A stretch of DNA of 64,000 nt, taken from assembly GCA_949372645.1 (NCBI GenBank), contig CASIAP010000011.1, positions 159,006-223,005 of the forward strand, given 5' to 3'. Source of the stretch: Candidatus Poseidoniaceae archaeon (GTDB lineage: Archaea > Thermoplasmatota > Poseidoniia > Poseidoniales > Poseidoniaceae). The notes under the pieces are model-generated. The model was not told the origin of the DNA and ran no database searches. It saw nothing but the letters and a program-made list of their open reading frames with translations. The first letter of the stretch is position 1. Every line of letters starts with the position of its first letter. A program made the translations under genes and the position numbers. This document shows, piece after piece, positions 18,111 to 26,954 of this stretch.

Positions 18111-18926
18111 ATGGACCTCCTCGGTAGTGACTATCCGTATTCGACCAACGCTCTTGTTGGTAAGCACGCATTGGTATGTGGAGCAAGTCAGGGAATCGGT
18201 GCCGCTACCGCAAAAATGCTGGCAAAAGCTGGTGCTAACGTAACAGTGTGTGCACGAAACGGAGAGGCCCTGACAACACTTTGTGAGGAATTATACGCAC
18301 TTGGAAAAGGCGAACATGCGTCACTTGTCCTCGACCTTGAAGACACGGCTGGTCTTGAACCGGCAATCACAACATTGCTTCAACAACGTGGACCAGTCCA
18401 TGTACTCATCAACAATGCAGGTGGACCACCAGGTGGCCCCTTGCTTGGCAACTCTGTCGATGATTTTGAAGCACCTTTCAAGCGACACCTCCATGCTGCT
18501 CATACCTTGACGCAATTACTCGTTCCTTCGATGGAATCAGAAGGCTATGGCCGTATTATCCAAATCATTTCTACTTCGGTCAAGGAACCAATTCCAAATA
18601 TTGGACTTTCCAATACCCTTCGAGGAGCTATGGCTTCATGGGCCAAGAGTTTGTCTCGTGAACTTGCACCCTGCATCACCATCAACAACGTCTTACCGGG
18701 TTTTACCAATACTGAACGATTGGGTTCTCTTGCTTCTTCAATCAATCAACGAACTGGAAAAAGCCTCGAAGAGGTGCATCATGGATGGATGAGTCAAGTT
18801 CCTATTGAACGATTGATTGAGCCTCTGGAAACAGCATCTGCCATCACTTTCCTCGCACTCCCAGCATCAAGCGGCATTCGAGGCGTAAGTCTAGCGGTCG
18901 ACGGTGGTCGATTGCGAAGTATCTGA
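18111..18926 (+). CDS. SDR-family protein, beta-ketoacyl reductase-like subgroup without canonical catalytic Tyr
   Basis: Rossmann motif GASQGIGAAT. LSNTLRGAMASWAKSLSRELA..NNVLPG has Ala at the Tyr position of YxxxK. Confidence 0.75.
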   Translation: MDLLGSDYPYSTNALVGKHALVCGASQGIGAATAKMLAKAGANVTVCARNGEALTTLCEELYALGKGEHASLVLDLEDTAGLEPAITTLLQQRGPVHVLINNAGGPPGGPLLGNSVDDFEAPFKRHLHAAHTLTQLLVPSMESEGYGRIIQIISTSVKEPIPNIGLSNTLRGAMASWAKSLSRELAPCITINNVLPGFTNTERLGSLASSINQRTGKSLEEVHHGWMSQVPIERLIEPLETASAITFLALPASSGIRGVSLAVDGGRLRSI

Positions 18927-19904
18927 TTACTTTCTGATATCAAACCATACTGGGTAATGGTCGGAGACATCGCTGTCTGAAAAGGAAGTGTCGACACCCC
19001 AAGTCCCGACTAATCGGCCATCGAGATCGCCATTCGTAACGATTCGGTCGTATGCACAATAATTGTCGGAAACCGTTGTATCAACGTTGTTTTCAATCAC
19101 CCAGGTATAATTTGAATGAGCCAAGGGTGAATTTGATAATTCATTCGAAGACACATAGGAACAAGCTGCATTGAAATCACCAAGAATCACGATTTCAGAT
19201 TCATTGGGGTGTTGTTCGAGATACGTATCAACCACATGGGGTAGTGCATTGATTTCACTCAATGCGGCTGCAGGCTTGGTGTGAATGGTGATAAGACTCA
19301 AATCAAAACCTGTACCTGTTCCATTTTGGTCGAGGACTTCAAATTGAGCAATAAAGGGTTCTCGTTGGAATGAATCATCAACGCTGTCATTGTGCAGAGT
19401 GCCATTTCCCATTGAACGGAAAACAGAGGTATTGTAGTAAAATGCATACTGTTCTTGAGAGGATTGGTCATCGTCTTGTAGGCCACTGCGAGGGCTGAGT
19501 ACCATGTCCCAAGTAGAAACTGATTTGTTATTGAGTGCATCAAGGAAATCGTAAGGTACTGTTTGGTCGATATCTTTTATTTCTTGAACAGCGACTAAAT
19601 CATACTGTAAAACCGTGTCAACAAGAATATCGACAATTGCTGGCTTGCCCATTTTAGTTTCTCCGAATACTTTGATGTTGAACGTGGCAATGCGAGCAAC
19701 TTCGCTGCGATTTAGTTCTGGGGCGCGAGCATCCCCTCCTGTGGAATTATTCTCGATGTAGACCGTTGTCGTTTCATCTTCACCCGGGACGAATACGTAG
19801 ACAACATCTGCGTCGTCGGACAGAAGTGATTGTAATGCAATGGGAGCAAGGATCAGAATCGCCGCAAGACTCAAGCCTTGCAAATACCCATTGTAGTCTC
19901 CCAT
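18927..19904 (-). CDS. Membrane-anchored extracellular DNase I-like nuclease (endonuclease/exonuclease/phosphatase family)
   Basis: N-terminal hydrophobic anchor LSLAAILILAPIALQSLL. EEP/DNase I motifs IATFNIKVFG, YDLVAVQEI, LGDFNA, SDHYPVWFDI. Confidence 0.8.
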   Translation of the reverse strand: MGDYNGYLQGLSLAAILILAPIALQSLLSDDADVVYVFVPGEDETTTVYIENNSTGGDARAPELNRSEVARIATFNIKVFGETKMGKPAIVDILVDTVLQYDLVAVQEIKDIDQTVPYDFLDALNNKSVSTWDMVLSPRSGLQDDDQSSQEQYAFYYNTSVFRSMGNGTLHNDSVDDSFQREPFIAQFEVLDQNGTGTGFDLSLITIHTKPAAALSEINALPHVVDTYLEQHPNESEIVILGDFNAACSYVSSNELSNSPLAHSNYTWVIENNVDTTVSDNYCAYDRIVTNGDLDGRLVGTWGVDTSFSDSDVSDHYPVWFDIRK

Positions 19905-19993
19905 GAAGAATGGTATGCAGTTCTAGTTATCAATTTTTAACTTTGAGGAAAGTCTACGCATAGGTTCTTGACGCGAAGGGGTAGCGCACAGAT

Positions 19994-20842
19994 ATGAGCG
20001 GAGAAGTGGATGCTGAACAAGCCCGTAGGATTCTCGACATGCTCACTGCCGGTGGGGCGATGGATGACATCAATACAGCCCTTGCCCTTCGATTGATGCC
20101 GTTAGCATTCGAATTGGGAGATACTGAGCTTGCTGAACGCTTACTCAAACACGCTCAAGAGAATTCAACTGACGATCTTGAACGTGGTTGGGCTGATTTT
20201 GAAGGTTACAAACATACTGGAAAGAGTATCGATGCTTTTGCAGAATTAAGTGCTAAATCAGAGGAGTTAGAAGATGGTGCTCCGCTAGCTGCTGCAGTAT
20301 CGCATCATATCGCTTTAATGCATATGAGTAAAGAGGAATATGAAGAAGCTCAAACCTTTGCTACACGCTCACTTCGGCTTCGAGAAAGTATCGATGATCT
20401 GAATGGGATTGCATATGGCCTTGCTGTCCTTGAGACCTGTTCAAAAAAATTGAACGACCATGACAATGCCTTAGTCCATGGTACTCGGCGAATTGAGCTG
20501 GCCATGCAAATGAAAGACGAAGAAGCACAAATTGAGGCTCTTGCGGATTTAGCCCATACTCAAGCTACGATTGGGAATTTTGTTGCCGCTAAGGAACTGT
20601 ATGAACAATCACTCAATCTTTCAGTCGAACTTGAAGACTTATCTGGACAATTGGTTGCACGGTGGGGGCTTGCAGATATTGCAGAAATCGCTGAAGATTA
20701 TGAAACGGCAATGTTACAACTTTCAGATTGCCTTCACTCTTTCCTCAATGTTGGCTTGCCAACACCAATTGCCGTCCGACAGCGTATCGAAGACCTTGCA
20801 GATTTCAATACGACCAATACACGACAGAAATCGAAGAAGTGA
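19994..20842 (+). CDS. TPR-like helical repeat protein
   Basis: 282-aa acidic, all-helical sequence with about 34-40-aa periodic A/L/Y/E patterns (e.g. EEYEEAQTFATRSLRL, GNFVAAKELYEQSLNL, EDYETAMLQLSDCL). Confidence 0.55.
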   Translation: MSGEVDAEQARRILDMLTAGGAMDDINTALALRLMPLAFELGDTELAERLLKHAQENSTDDLERGWADFEGYKHTGKSIDAFAELSAKSEELEDGAPLAAAVSHHIALMHMSKEEYEEAQTFATRSLRLRESIDDLNGIAYGLAVLETCSKKLNDHDNALVHGTRRIELAMQMKDEEAQIEALADLAHTQATIGNFVAAKELYEQSLNLSVELEDLSGQLVARWGLADIAEIAEDYETAMLQLSDCLHSFLNVGLPTPIAVRQRIEDLADFNTTNTRQKSKK

Positions 20843-20866
20843 CCATCCCAAATCGCCACACTCGTT

Positions 20867-22153
20867 ATGATGTGGTCTCGACTGGAAGGATTGGTGCCAC
20901 CCATGGAGCATGACATATTCTTCTCAATCAGTCAAACTCCGGATTCAACGGGTTTGATTCCAAGCGAGCAAGAGATGTTTGCTAATTATTTTCAACAACT
21001 CGAGTGTGCAGACACACTCGGATTTGGCGTCGGATGGCTTGCACAAGCCCATTTATCGACCGAGATTCAAAAATCAAACACCAAACCAGTGGTTCCGCAT
21101 TGGGTCGGAGAAGTTGGTCTTTGCACAGATTTCCCTCAACTGGCGATGGAATCATTCCGAAGAACAAAAAATATCGAGATGGGAAGTGCCGTCGTCTCCA
21201 TATTAGCATCTGGTGGACCAATTGCGCAAGCTGAACGAATAGCCAATACGCTTCAATTACATGGTCTCAACCCGAATGAAACACGGAAACTCCACGTTGG
21301 ATTTTCAGCAGGGCGCTTTGAATTCATGGCCCGACCATATGGAATCATTCCACGGAATTCGATTGAAGAGGCAGCTTGGCCAGCACTTCGTGGTCAGATT
21401 TTTATGGAAGCAGGAGACATTTTTTTGCGACTTTTACGAGGGGATATTGTCAATTCTGAGATGACCTATTCAACTGTCCTACGACGTGATAATTTCCGTA
21501 GTGATGAGGATTGGGAAAAGGTACAGGATGCAGCTGTAGAATTTGAAAACTTGGAATCGGCACCAGATAAAATTCAAATTCAAAAACGCTATGTGTTCGA
21601 AGATTTGAAAATTATTCCTCAACACTTCCGTCGTGAATTGCTCGTGATGGTTGCAGGCACTCATGACCCAAAGGCACAGGTATTTCTCAATACGATCTTA
21701 CCCGTCAAAGTATTCAACTTATCAATTACGAAACCAGAAATCATCGATGCTACACATGAACGTATGCGTGAGGCTTTCCATCCCGCAGGTGGGGGATGGA
21801 AACGAAGTGATATGCCTCGTACTTCTTTCATATTCCTCAATGCTGAGGAAGGATTGTCACCTGAACAGCAAAGTGAATCGGCAAAGAAAGAAGCAAAGGC
21901 AGCCCTTGGCGCCTATTGGAATGCTTTGGAAGGAACCATTGACCCATCAAAAGTTGAAAATGCTGCTCAAAACGCCTTGATTGGAAACGTCGAAGAAGTT
22001 GCTCAACAAATCCTTGAACGATTCCACCCCGAAGACCGGATTATGGCTTGGTTTGATTTCTTTAATCACGACTCTGACCGGGTTTGTCGAGACATGACTG
22101 CTTACATGGAGCAGGTTGTGCCTCGAGTTGAAGAACTGCTTGAATCGAGGTGA
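20867..22153 (+). CDS. Luciferase-like monooxygenase (LLM) family flavin/deazaflavin-dependent oxidoreductase, long form
   Basis: N-terminal beta-alpha pattern ..FFSISQ..YFQQLECADTLGFGVGWLAQAH.. and C-terminal ..IGNVEEVAQQILE.. resemble LLM TIM-barrel proteins. The start may be MEHDIFF (20903). Confidence 0.5.
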   Translation: MMWSRLEGLVPPMEHDIFFSISQTPDSTGLIPSEQEMFANYFQQLECADTLGFGVGWLAQAHLSTEIQKSNTKPVVPHWVGEVGLCTDFPQLAMESFRRTKNIEMGSAVVSILASGGPIAQAERIANTLQLHGLNPNETRKLHVGFSAGRFEFMARPYGIIPRNSIEEAAWPALRGQIFMEAGDIFLRLLRGDIVNSEMTYSTVLRRDNFRSDEDWEKVQDAAVEFENLESAPDKIQIQKRYVFEDLKIIPQHFRRELLVMVAGTHDPKAQVFLNTILPVKVFNLSITKPEIIDATHERMREAFHPAGGGWKRSDMPRTSFIFLNAEEGLSPEQQSESAKKEAKAALGAYWNALEGTIDPSKVENAAQNALIGNVEEVAQQILERFHPEDRIMAWFDFFNHDSDRVCRDMTAYMEQVVPRVEELLESR

Positions 22154-22157
22154 ACAG

Positions 22158-23273
22158 ATGGCGATTCAACATGATACTCCTTCAGCAGTAGAACCTGGAA
22201 AACCTGGAAGCTCCTTGTTTCCAGAGTCACCACTCGGTGAAAAAGTCGAAGGAATCCCTACAGGCCGTGAAGTGGCTTGGGAACCTTTGGTTGATTATCG
22301 CAGAAACGGTGTATCAGAAACCACAATCCATGGCGCAATCGCATGGTCACATGGTGATGAAGTGATACATTCCTTTGGTGGAAACGTGTTATGTTATGGT
22401 CGCTCGATGATGAAGCCATTTATGCTCAAGGCCTTTACTGAAGAATTGAAAGATACTTCTTGGGAACAAAAAGCAATTGCTGTTGCATCCCATAACGGCG
22501 ACACAGAACACGTCGCTGCTGCACAATCTCTTCTTTCAGAAGAAGAATGGCCACTCATGCTCACACCCTTGGATGTCCCTCTGATTCAATTTGGCCGTCA
22601 AGTACGCCGTCCTCGTCGTTGGTTCCATACCTGCTCTGGAGAACATGCTGCCATTCTTCATGGATGTCGGAAGAAGGGATGGAATCGAGCAGGGTATACC
22701 TTGCCGACTCACGAAGTGTTCGATGCCTACATGGTCGAATTACGAACCTATCTGGGTCAAGATTGGAAGCCATTGAGGATTGCAAAGGATGGATGTGGAC
22801 TCCCTACAGTTTCCAATACGGTTGCTGAACTCGCGCAAATCTATGCCGGCTTGGTGCGGGACAAAGACAACGATTGGATTTGGGAATCAATGGTTCGTAG
22901 TCCTGACTTGGTTGGTGGATTCAATCGACTTGATTCAACCATTCTCAAAGCCGGTGGCGGCAAAGTCATTGCAAAAGAAGGGGCGGATGGCTTGCTTGGA
23001 CTCGCAATAGAACATCCCGATTATCCCAAAGGCTTGGGAATCGTTGTCAAAATTGCACATGGATGGAATTCACAGGCCATGTGGTATGTTGCACGTGCAG
23101 TCTTAGGCGTCTTAGGAATTGATTTACGAAATCCCTATCCATTGCACCGACAAAAAGCATTTATTGTTCCAGGCATCGTTCCTGAACACTATTTGCCTCA
23201 ACTTGAAACATTACCAACATGGGATGAATGGGACCCTGACCAAGACCGTTGGTTGTATGATATCGAGGTGTGA
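22158..23273 (+). CDS. Asparaginase II family (PF06089-like) protein
   Basis: GRSMMKPFMLKA, ASHNGDTEH, CSGEHAAIL and KDGCGLPT motifs. ATG 22158 lies 4 nt after GAGGTGA. The track start 22116 overlaps the upstream gene. Confidence 0.7.
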   Translation: MAIQHDTPSAVEPGKPGSSLFPESPLGEKVEGIPTGREVAWEPLVDYRRNGVSETTIHGAIAWSHGDEVIHSFGGNVLCYGRSMMKPFMLKAFTEELKDTSWEQKAIAVASHNGDTEHVAAAQSLLSEEEWPLMLTPLDVPLIQFGRQVRRPRRWFHTCSGEHAAILHGCRKKGWNRAGYTLPTHEVFDAYMVELRTYLGQDWKPLRIAKDGCGLPTVSNTVAELAQIYAGLVRDKDNDWIWESMVRSPDLVGGFNRLDSTILKAGGGKVIAKEGADGLLGLAIEHPDYPKGLGIVVKIAHGWNSQAMWYVARAVLGVLGIDLRNPYPLHRQKAFIVPGIVPEHYLPQLETLPTWDEWDPDQDRWLYDIEV

Positions 23274-23275
23274 AC

Positions 23276-24721
23276 ATGCTTGACATCCAGAATTTCATCG
23301 GCGGCTCATTTACGCATGCTCTTGATGGTCAAACCATAGAAGACTTCAATCCAGCAACTGCACAATGCATTGCTACAATCCCTCGTTCACAACCTGTGGA
23401 TGTTGAACTCGCCGTATCGGCTGCTCAATCAGCTCAACCTGCCTGGACAGCCTTGACATTGGAACAACGGGCAGTTTGGTTGGACAGGATTGGTGATGCG
23501 CTCGAGAAGAAAACTGAACAAATCGCCAGTACAGAATCGATGGACACGGGCAAACCAATTGCGTTGGCCCGTCGTGTTGATGCTGCGCGCTCAGTGAGTA
23601 ATTTTCGGTTTTTCGCTTCATTTGGAAGGCAACAGACTGAAATGACATTCGAAATGGAAGACGCTATGAATTACGTTCACCGCTCTCCTGTTGGAACAGT
23701 TGGTTTGATTACTCCGTGGAACCTTCCACTCTATCTGTTGACGTGGAAAGTAGCTCCAGCACTTCTCATGGGTAATACCATCATCGCTAAGCCAAGTGAG
23801 ATTACACCACTTACTGCCAATCTTTTGGCTGAAACTTTACTTGAACTCGAGCTGCCAAATGGCGTCTTTAATCTCGTTCACGGTTTAGGGCCTGAAGTCG
23901 GCCAAGCTATTCTTGAGCATCCAAAAATCAAGGCGATCTCCTTCACAGGTGGCACTGAGACTGGAAGAATCGTTGCACGTACTGCTGCTCCAATGTTCAA
24001 GAAATTATCACTTGAGTTGGGTGGGAAAAATGCAACGGTAATCCTGAGAGATGCTGATCTTGACAAAGCGGTTGATGGTGCAGTTCGTGCTGCATTTAGC
24101 AATTCGGGGCAAGTGTGCCTCTGTGGTTCTCGAATATTTATTGATGAAAGTATTGCAGATCAATTCACGGACAAATTTGTTGAGAAAGTCAATGCTATCC
24201 AAATCGGTGACCCGATGGATGAAAACACAGTGATGGGATCGGTCATCTCACCTGAACATCTGTTGAAGGTCGAATCGTATATCGAATTAGCAATCAAAGA
24301 AGGCGGCACTGTATTGGCAGGTGGAACACGTGAAATGACTGGATTTACTGGACCTCACGGAATTGGTGCTTTTTTGCAACCGACCATTGTCGGAAGTCTA
24401 CCCCATACATCTCGCTGTGCGACTGAAGAAATATTTGGTCCGATGGTGACTCTGCATACATTCAGCACTGAATCTGAAGCACTGGAGATGGTCAATGCTT
24501 CTGAATACGGCCTTGCCGGTTCAGTGTGGACCAAGGATGCAGAACGTGGACGGGTGTTTTCAGAACAAATGGAGACAGGTATTGTATGGGTCAACACTTG
24601 GCTTCACAGAGATTTGCGAACACCTTTCGGAGGTGTCAAGAATTCCGGAGTCGGCCGAGAAGGCGGTCAATGGTCTTTGGATTTCTTTTCCGAACTAACC
24701 AATGTGTGCATCAAGAACTAG
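23276..24721 (+). CDS. NAD-dependent aldehyde dehydrogenase, ALDH8 / 2-hydroxy(amino)muconate-semialdehyde dehydrogenase-like
   Basis: ELGGKN, SNSGQVCLCGSRIFI (the CLC context is typical of the HMSD/ALDH8 group), EEIFGP, and C-terminal WLHRDLRTPFGGVKNSGVGREGG..SLDFF. ATG 23276 follows GAGGTG. Confidence 0.8.
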   Translation: MLDIQNFIGGSFTHALDGQTIEDFNPATAQCIATIPRSQPVDVELAVSAAQSAQPAWTALTLEQRAVWLDRIGDALEKKTEQIASTESMDTGKPIALARRVDAARSVSNFRFFASFGRQQTEMTFEMEDAMNYVHRSPVGTVGLITPWNLPLYLLTWKVAPALLMGNTIIAKPSEITPLTANLLAETLLELELPNGVFNLVHGLGPEVGQAILEHPKIKAISFTGGTETGRIVARTAAPMFKKLSLELGGKNATVILRDADLDKAVDGAVRAAFSNSGQVCLCGSRIFIDESIADQFTDKFVEKVNAIQIGDPMDENTVMGSVISPEHLLKVESYIELAIKEGGTVLAGGTREMTGFTGPHGIGAFLQPTIVGSLPHTSRCATEEIFGPMVTLHTFSTESEALEMVNASEYGLAGSVWTKDAERGRVFSEQMETGIVWVNTWLHRDLRTPFGGVKNSGVGREGGQWSLDFFSELTNVCIKN

Positions 24722-24769
24722 GTGAATTACAAACATATATTCAAATGGTGAAGGAGGTTTTTGTAATGC

Positions 24770-25492
24770 ATGGAAGCATTGCCATTGTTCGTTTTACCCA
24801 TGGTCTTGATGCCTGGTGAAGTTCAAGAATTACGCATATTTGAGCCTCGGTATAGGCAGATGCTTGATGATTGTTTACTTGATGAGAAGAATTTCGGTTT
24901 AGTTTTGAATGACCCCTTTGAGCCGATTAACTCATGGGATGGACCACGGCAACATGGTTGTGAGGTTGAAATTATTCACCACGAAACGAAGGGAAGTAAC
25001 CACTTTATCCAGATTGTCGGACGTCGAAGGTTTACTGTTCGCAAAGTTATTGCTCCAGCATTACCGCCAATGAGCGACCCTATGTTTGAAGACCATCTCA
25101 ATGAAGAAGGTCTGTTACCCGATCTGCAAACACTCCTCGAATGTATTCCCAAGGATGTGGGCCATTCTAAACTCTACATCAGTGGTGAAGTTGAATACCA
25201 TGCCCTCGATGAATCCCTTTCCATTGAACTGCAAGAGATACTCAAAGAAGTTTTGAATCATGTATTGACTCGAATTGGAATTGTACTTCGGATTGAAGTT
25301 CAGATGCTGACCCAATGGATTCAGGAACGGGTTGATCACGCAGTTGATGAAAACCCGGAGTCGGTCTATACAGTCTCAGCATTGGTATTGAGCGAATTAG
25401 AAGCAAAACAACAAATTCTTGCATGCGATTCTCTTGAAGAAGCCGTTGAAGAACTTGTTCATCAAGCCTCGAGGCTTGAAGAAGAAGAGTGA
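24770..25492 (+). CDS. Stand-alone LonA-type N-terminal (LON substrate-binding, PUA-like) domain protein
   Basis: [32 protein letters not shown] is the classic start of the LON N domain. 240 aa with no AAA+ or protease part. Confidence 0.7.
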   Translation: MEALPLFVLPMVLMPGEVQELRIFEPRYRQMLDDCLLDEKNFGLVLNDPFEPINSWDGPRQHGCEVEIIHHETKGSNHFIQIVGRRRFTVRKVIAPALPPMSDPMFEDHLNEEGLLPDLQTLLECIPKDVGHSKLYISGEVEYHALDESLSIELQEILKEVLNHVLTRIGIVLRIEVQMLTQWIQERVDHAVDENPESVYTVSALVLSELEAKQQILACDSLEEAVEELVHQASRLEEEE

Positions 25493-25539
25493 TTTTCGAA
25501 CGGCGAGGGTTTCAAAACAAACATGACCGTCGCACAACC

Positions 25540-26361
25540 ATGTCGGTTCACAGCGAAGCGAGGAAAATCACTACGCATACCCTTCAAGAGATGAAGAGCG
25601 CTGGTGAAAAAATCACCATGTTAACGGCTTACGATTACTCTTTGGCCAAACTGGTTGACCAAGCCGGTGTCGATGTTATTTTGGTTGGCGATTCGGCATC
25701 GAATGTCATGGCTGGACAAGTGACAACGGTTCCAATTACGCTTGAGCATATGATTTACCATGCACAATGTGTACAACGAGCTGTTGACAGAGCCTTGATT
25801 GTGGTAGATATGCCGTTTGGAACCTACCAAGGAAACTCTGCAATCGCTTTGGAGTCTGCTATTCGAATTATGAAAGAATCCGAAGGACACGCGGTAAAGC
25901 TTGAAGGCGGTGCAGAAATCCTTCAATCCGTCGAACGTATCCTTACCGCTGGAATACCAGTAATGGGCCATTTAGGACTCACACCCCAATCGATTTACAA
26001 ATTCGGAACCTATACGGTTCGTGCAAAAGAAGACGATGAGGCTACAAAGTTGATCGCGGATGCAAAACTACTTGAAAAGGCTGGCTGCTTTGCTATTGTC
26101 CTTGAAAAGATACCTCGCGAATTGGCATTGAAAGTGAGTCAAGCCATACGTATTCCAACCATCGGTATTGGCGCAGGTCCAGATTGTGACGGTCAAGTAT
26201 TGGTCTTGCATGATTTACTGGGAATAACGATGGATTTCTCGCCCCGTTTCCTTCGACGTTACCTCAATTTAGCAGAAGAAATTGATGGTGCCATCAAGAA
26301 CTATTGCCAGGATGTGCGTTCAGGAGAGTTCCCGAGCGATGAAGAAAGTTACACTTCATGA
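25540..26361 (+). CDS. panB: 3-methyl-2-oxobutanoate hydroxymethyltransferase (ketopantoate hydroxymethyltransferase)
   Basis: [41 protein letters not shown] 25540 preferred over GTG 25489. Confidence 0.9.
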   Translation: MSVHSEARKITTHTLQEMKSAGEKITMLTAYDYSLAKLVDQAGVDVILVGDSASNVMAGQVTTVPITLEHMIYHAQCVQRAVDRALIVVDMPFGTYQGNSAIALESAIRIMKESEGHAVKLEGGAEILQSVERILTAGIPVMGHLGLTPQSIYKFGTYTVRAKEDDEATKLIADAKLLEKAGCFAIVLEKIPRELALKVSQAIRIPTIGIGAGPDCDGQVLVLHDLLGITMDFSPRFLRRYLNLAEEIDGAIKNYCQDVRSGEFPSDEESYTS

Positions 26362-26853
26362 TTAGAATTGTGTGAAGACCAACACACTGCCTGCAAAAGC
26401 ACCGAGATCTATTCCAAAAGCGTGCCAGAGACCATATCGGAACGGTGGTAAATGGTGTCGACCCCAATCGGTACTGACCCAAACCCAAACCAGTAAGGCA
26501 CCATAACCGCCACAAAAGATTGCTCCCCATCCCGAAAGCCAAATCATAGAAAAAAGAAGTCCTAAACTCGAAAGACCGAGTGTGTACTCTTTCCAACGTG
26601 AAGGTTCATCATCAAGAAGAAGGCGATACAACAACGGTGAGAGAAGAATACTGATGAAAAAGGCACCATGAATAGGGTTTGGTAAATTGATTTCACCAAC
26701 ATGTGGCATGACGAATGCTTGCCAAATGCCACCAAGGGCCACACCAAGAAAGGCAGGGGCCATGATATGTTTCAAACCGGTCTCAAAATCCAATGCACGG
26801 GAGAGGAAAGGGGCCTCGATTTTAACCTCAACCTTGGTTTCTTCCTCGTCCAT
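26362..26853 (-). CDS. Small polytopic membrane protein, unknown function
   Basis: About 4 hydrophobic helices. Start at MDEEETKVE (26853) preferred over the track start 26952, which would leave no promoter space before the divergent dioxygenase gene. Confidence 0.5.
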   Translation of the reverse strand: MDEEETKVEVKIEAPFLSRALDFETGLKHIMAPAFLGVALGGIWQAFVMPHVGEINLPNPIHGAFFISILLSPLLYRLLLDDEPSRWKEYTLGLSSLGLLFSMIWLSGWGAIFCGGYGALLVWVWVSTDWGRHHLPPFRYGLWHAFGIDLGAFAGSVLVFTQF

Positions 26854-26916
26854 GACACTCCCAAGTTGCGGACTTGTTTGAGGGTTCGGGCAAGAACTGC
26901 TGTGAAGGCATATTCT

Positions 26917-26942
26917 CCGATGCCGATATAATCCCCCGATGC
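26917..26942 (+). promoter_or_regulatory. TATA-like GATATAAT (26925-26932) flanked by direct repeats CCGATGC (26917-26923, 26936-26942), about 27 nt upstream of the dioxygenase ATG
   Basis: Read directly. The spacing from the TATA centre to ATG 26955 fits a leaderless archaeal mRNA. Confidence 0.4.
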
Positions 26943-26954
26943 TTCGGTTCATTC

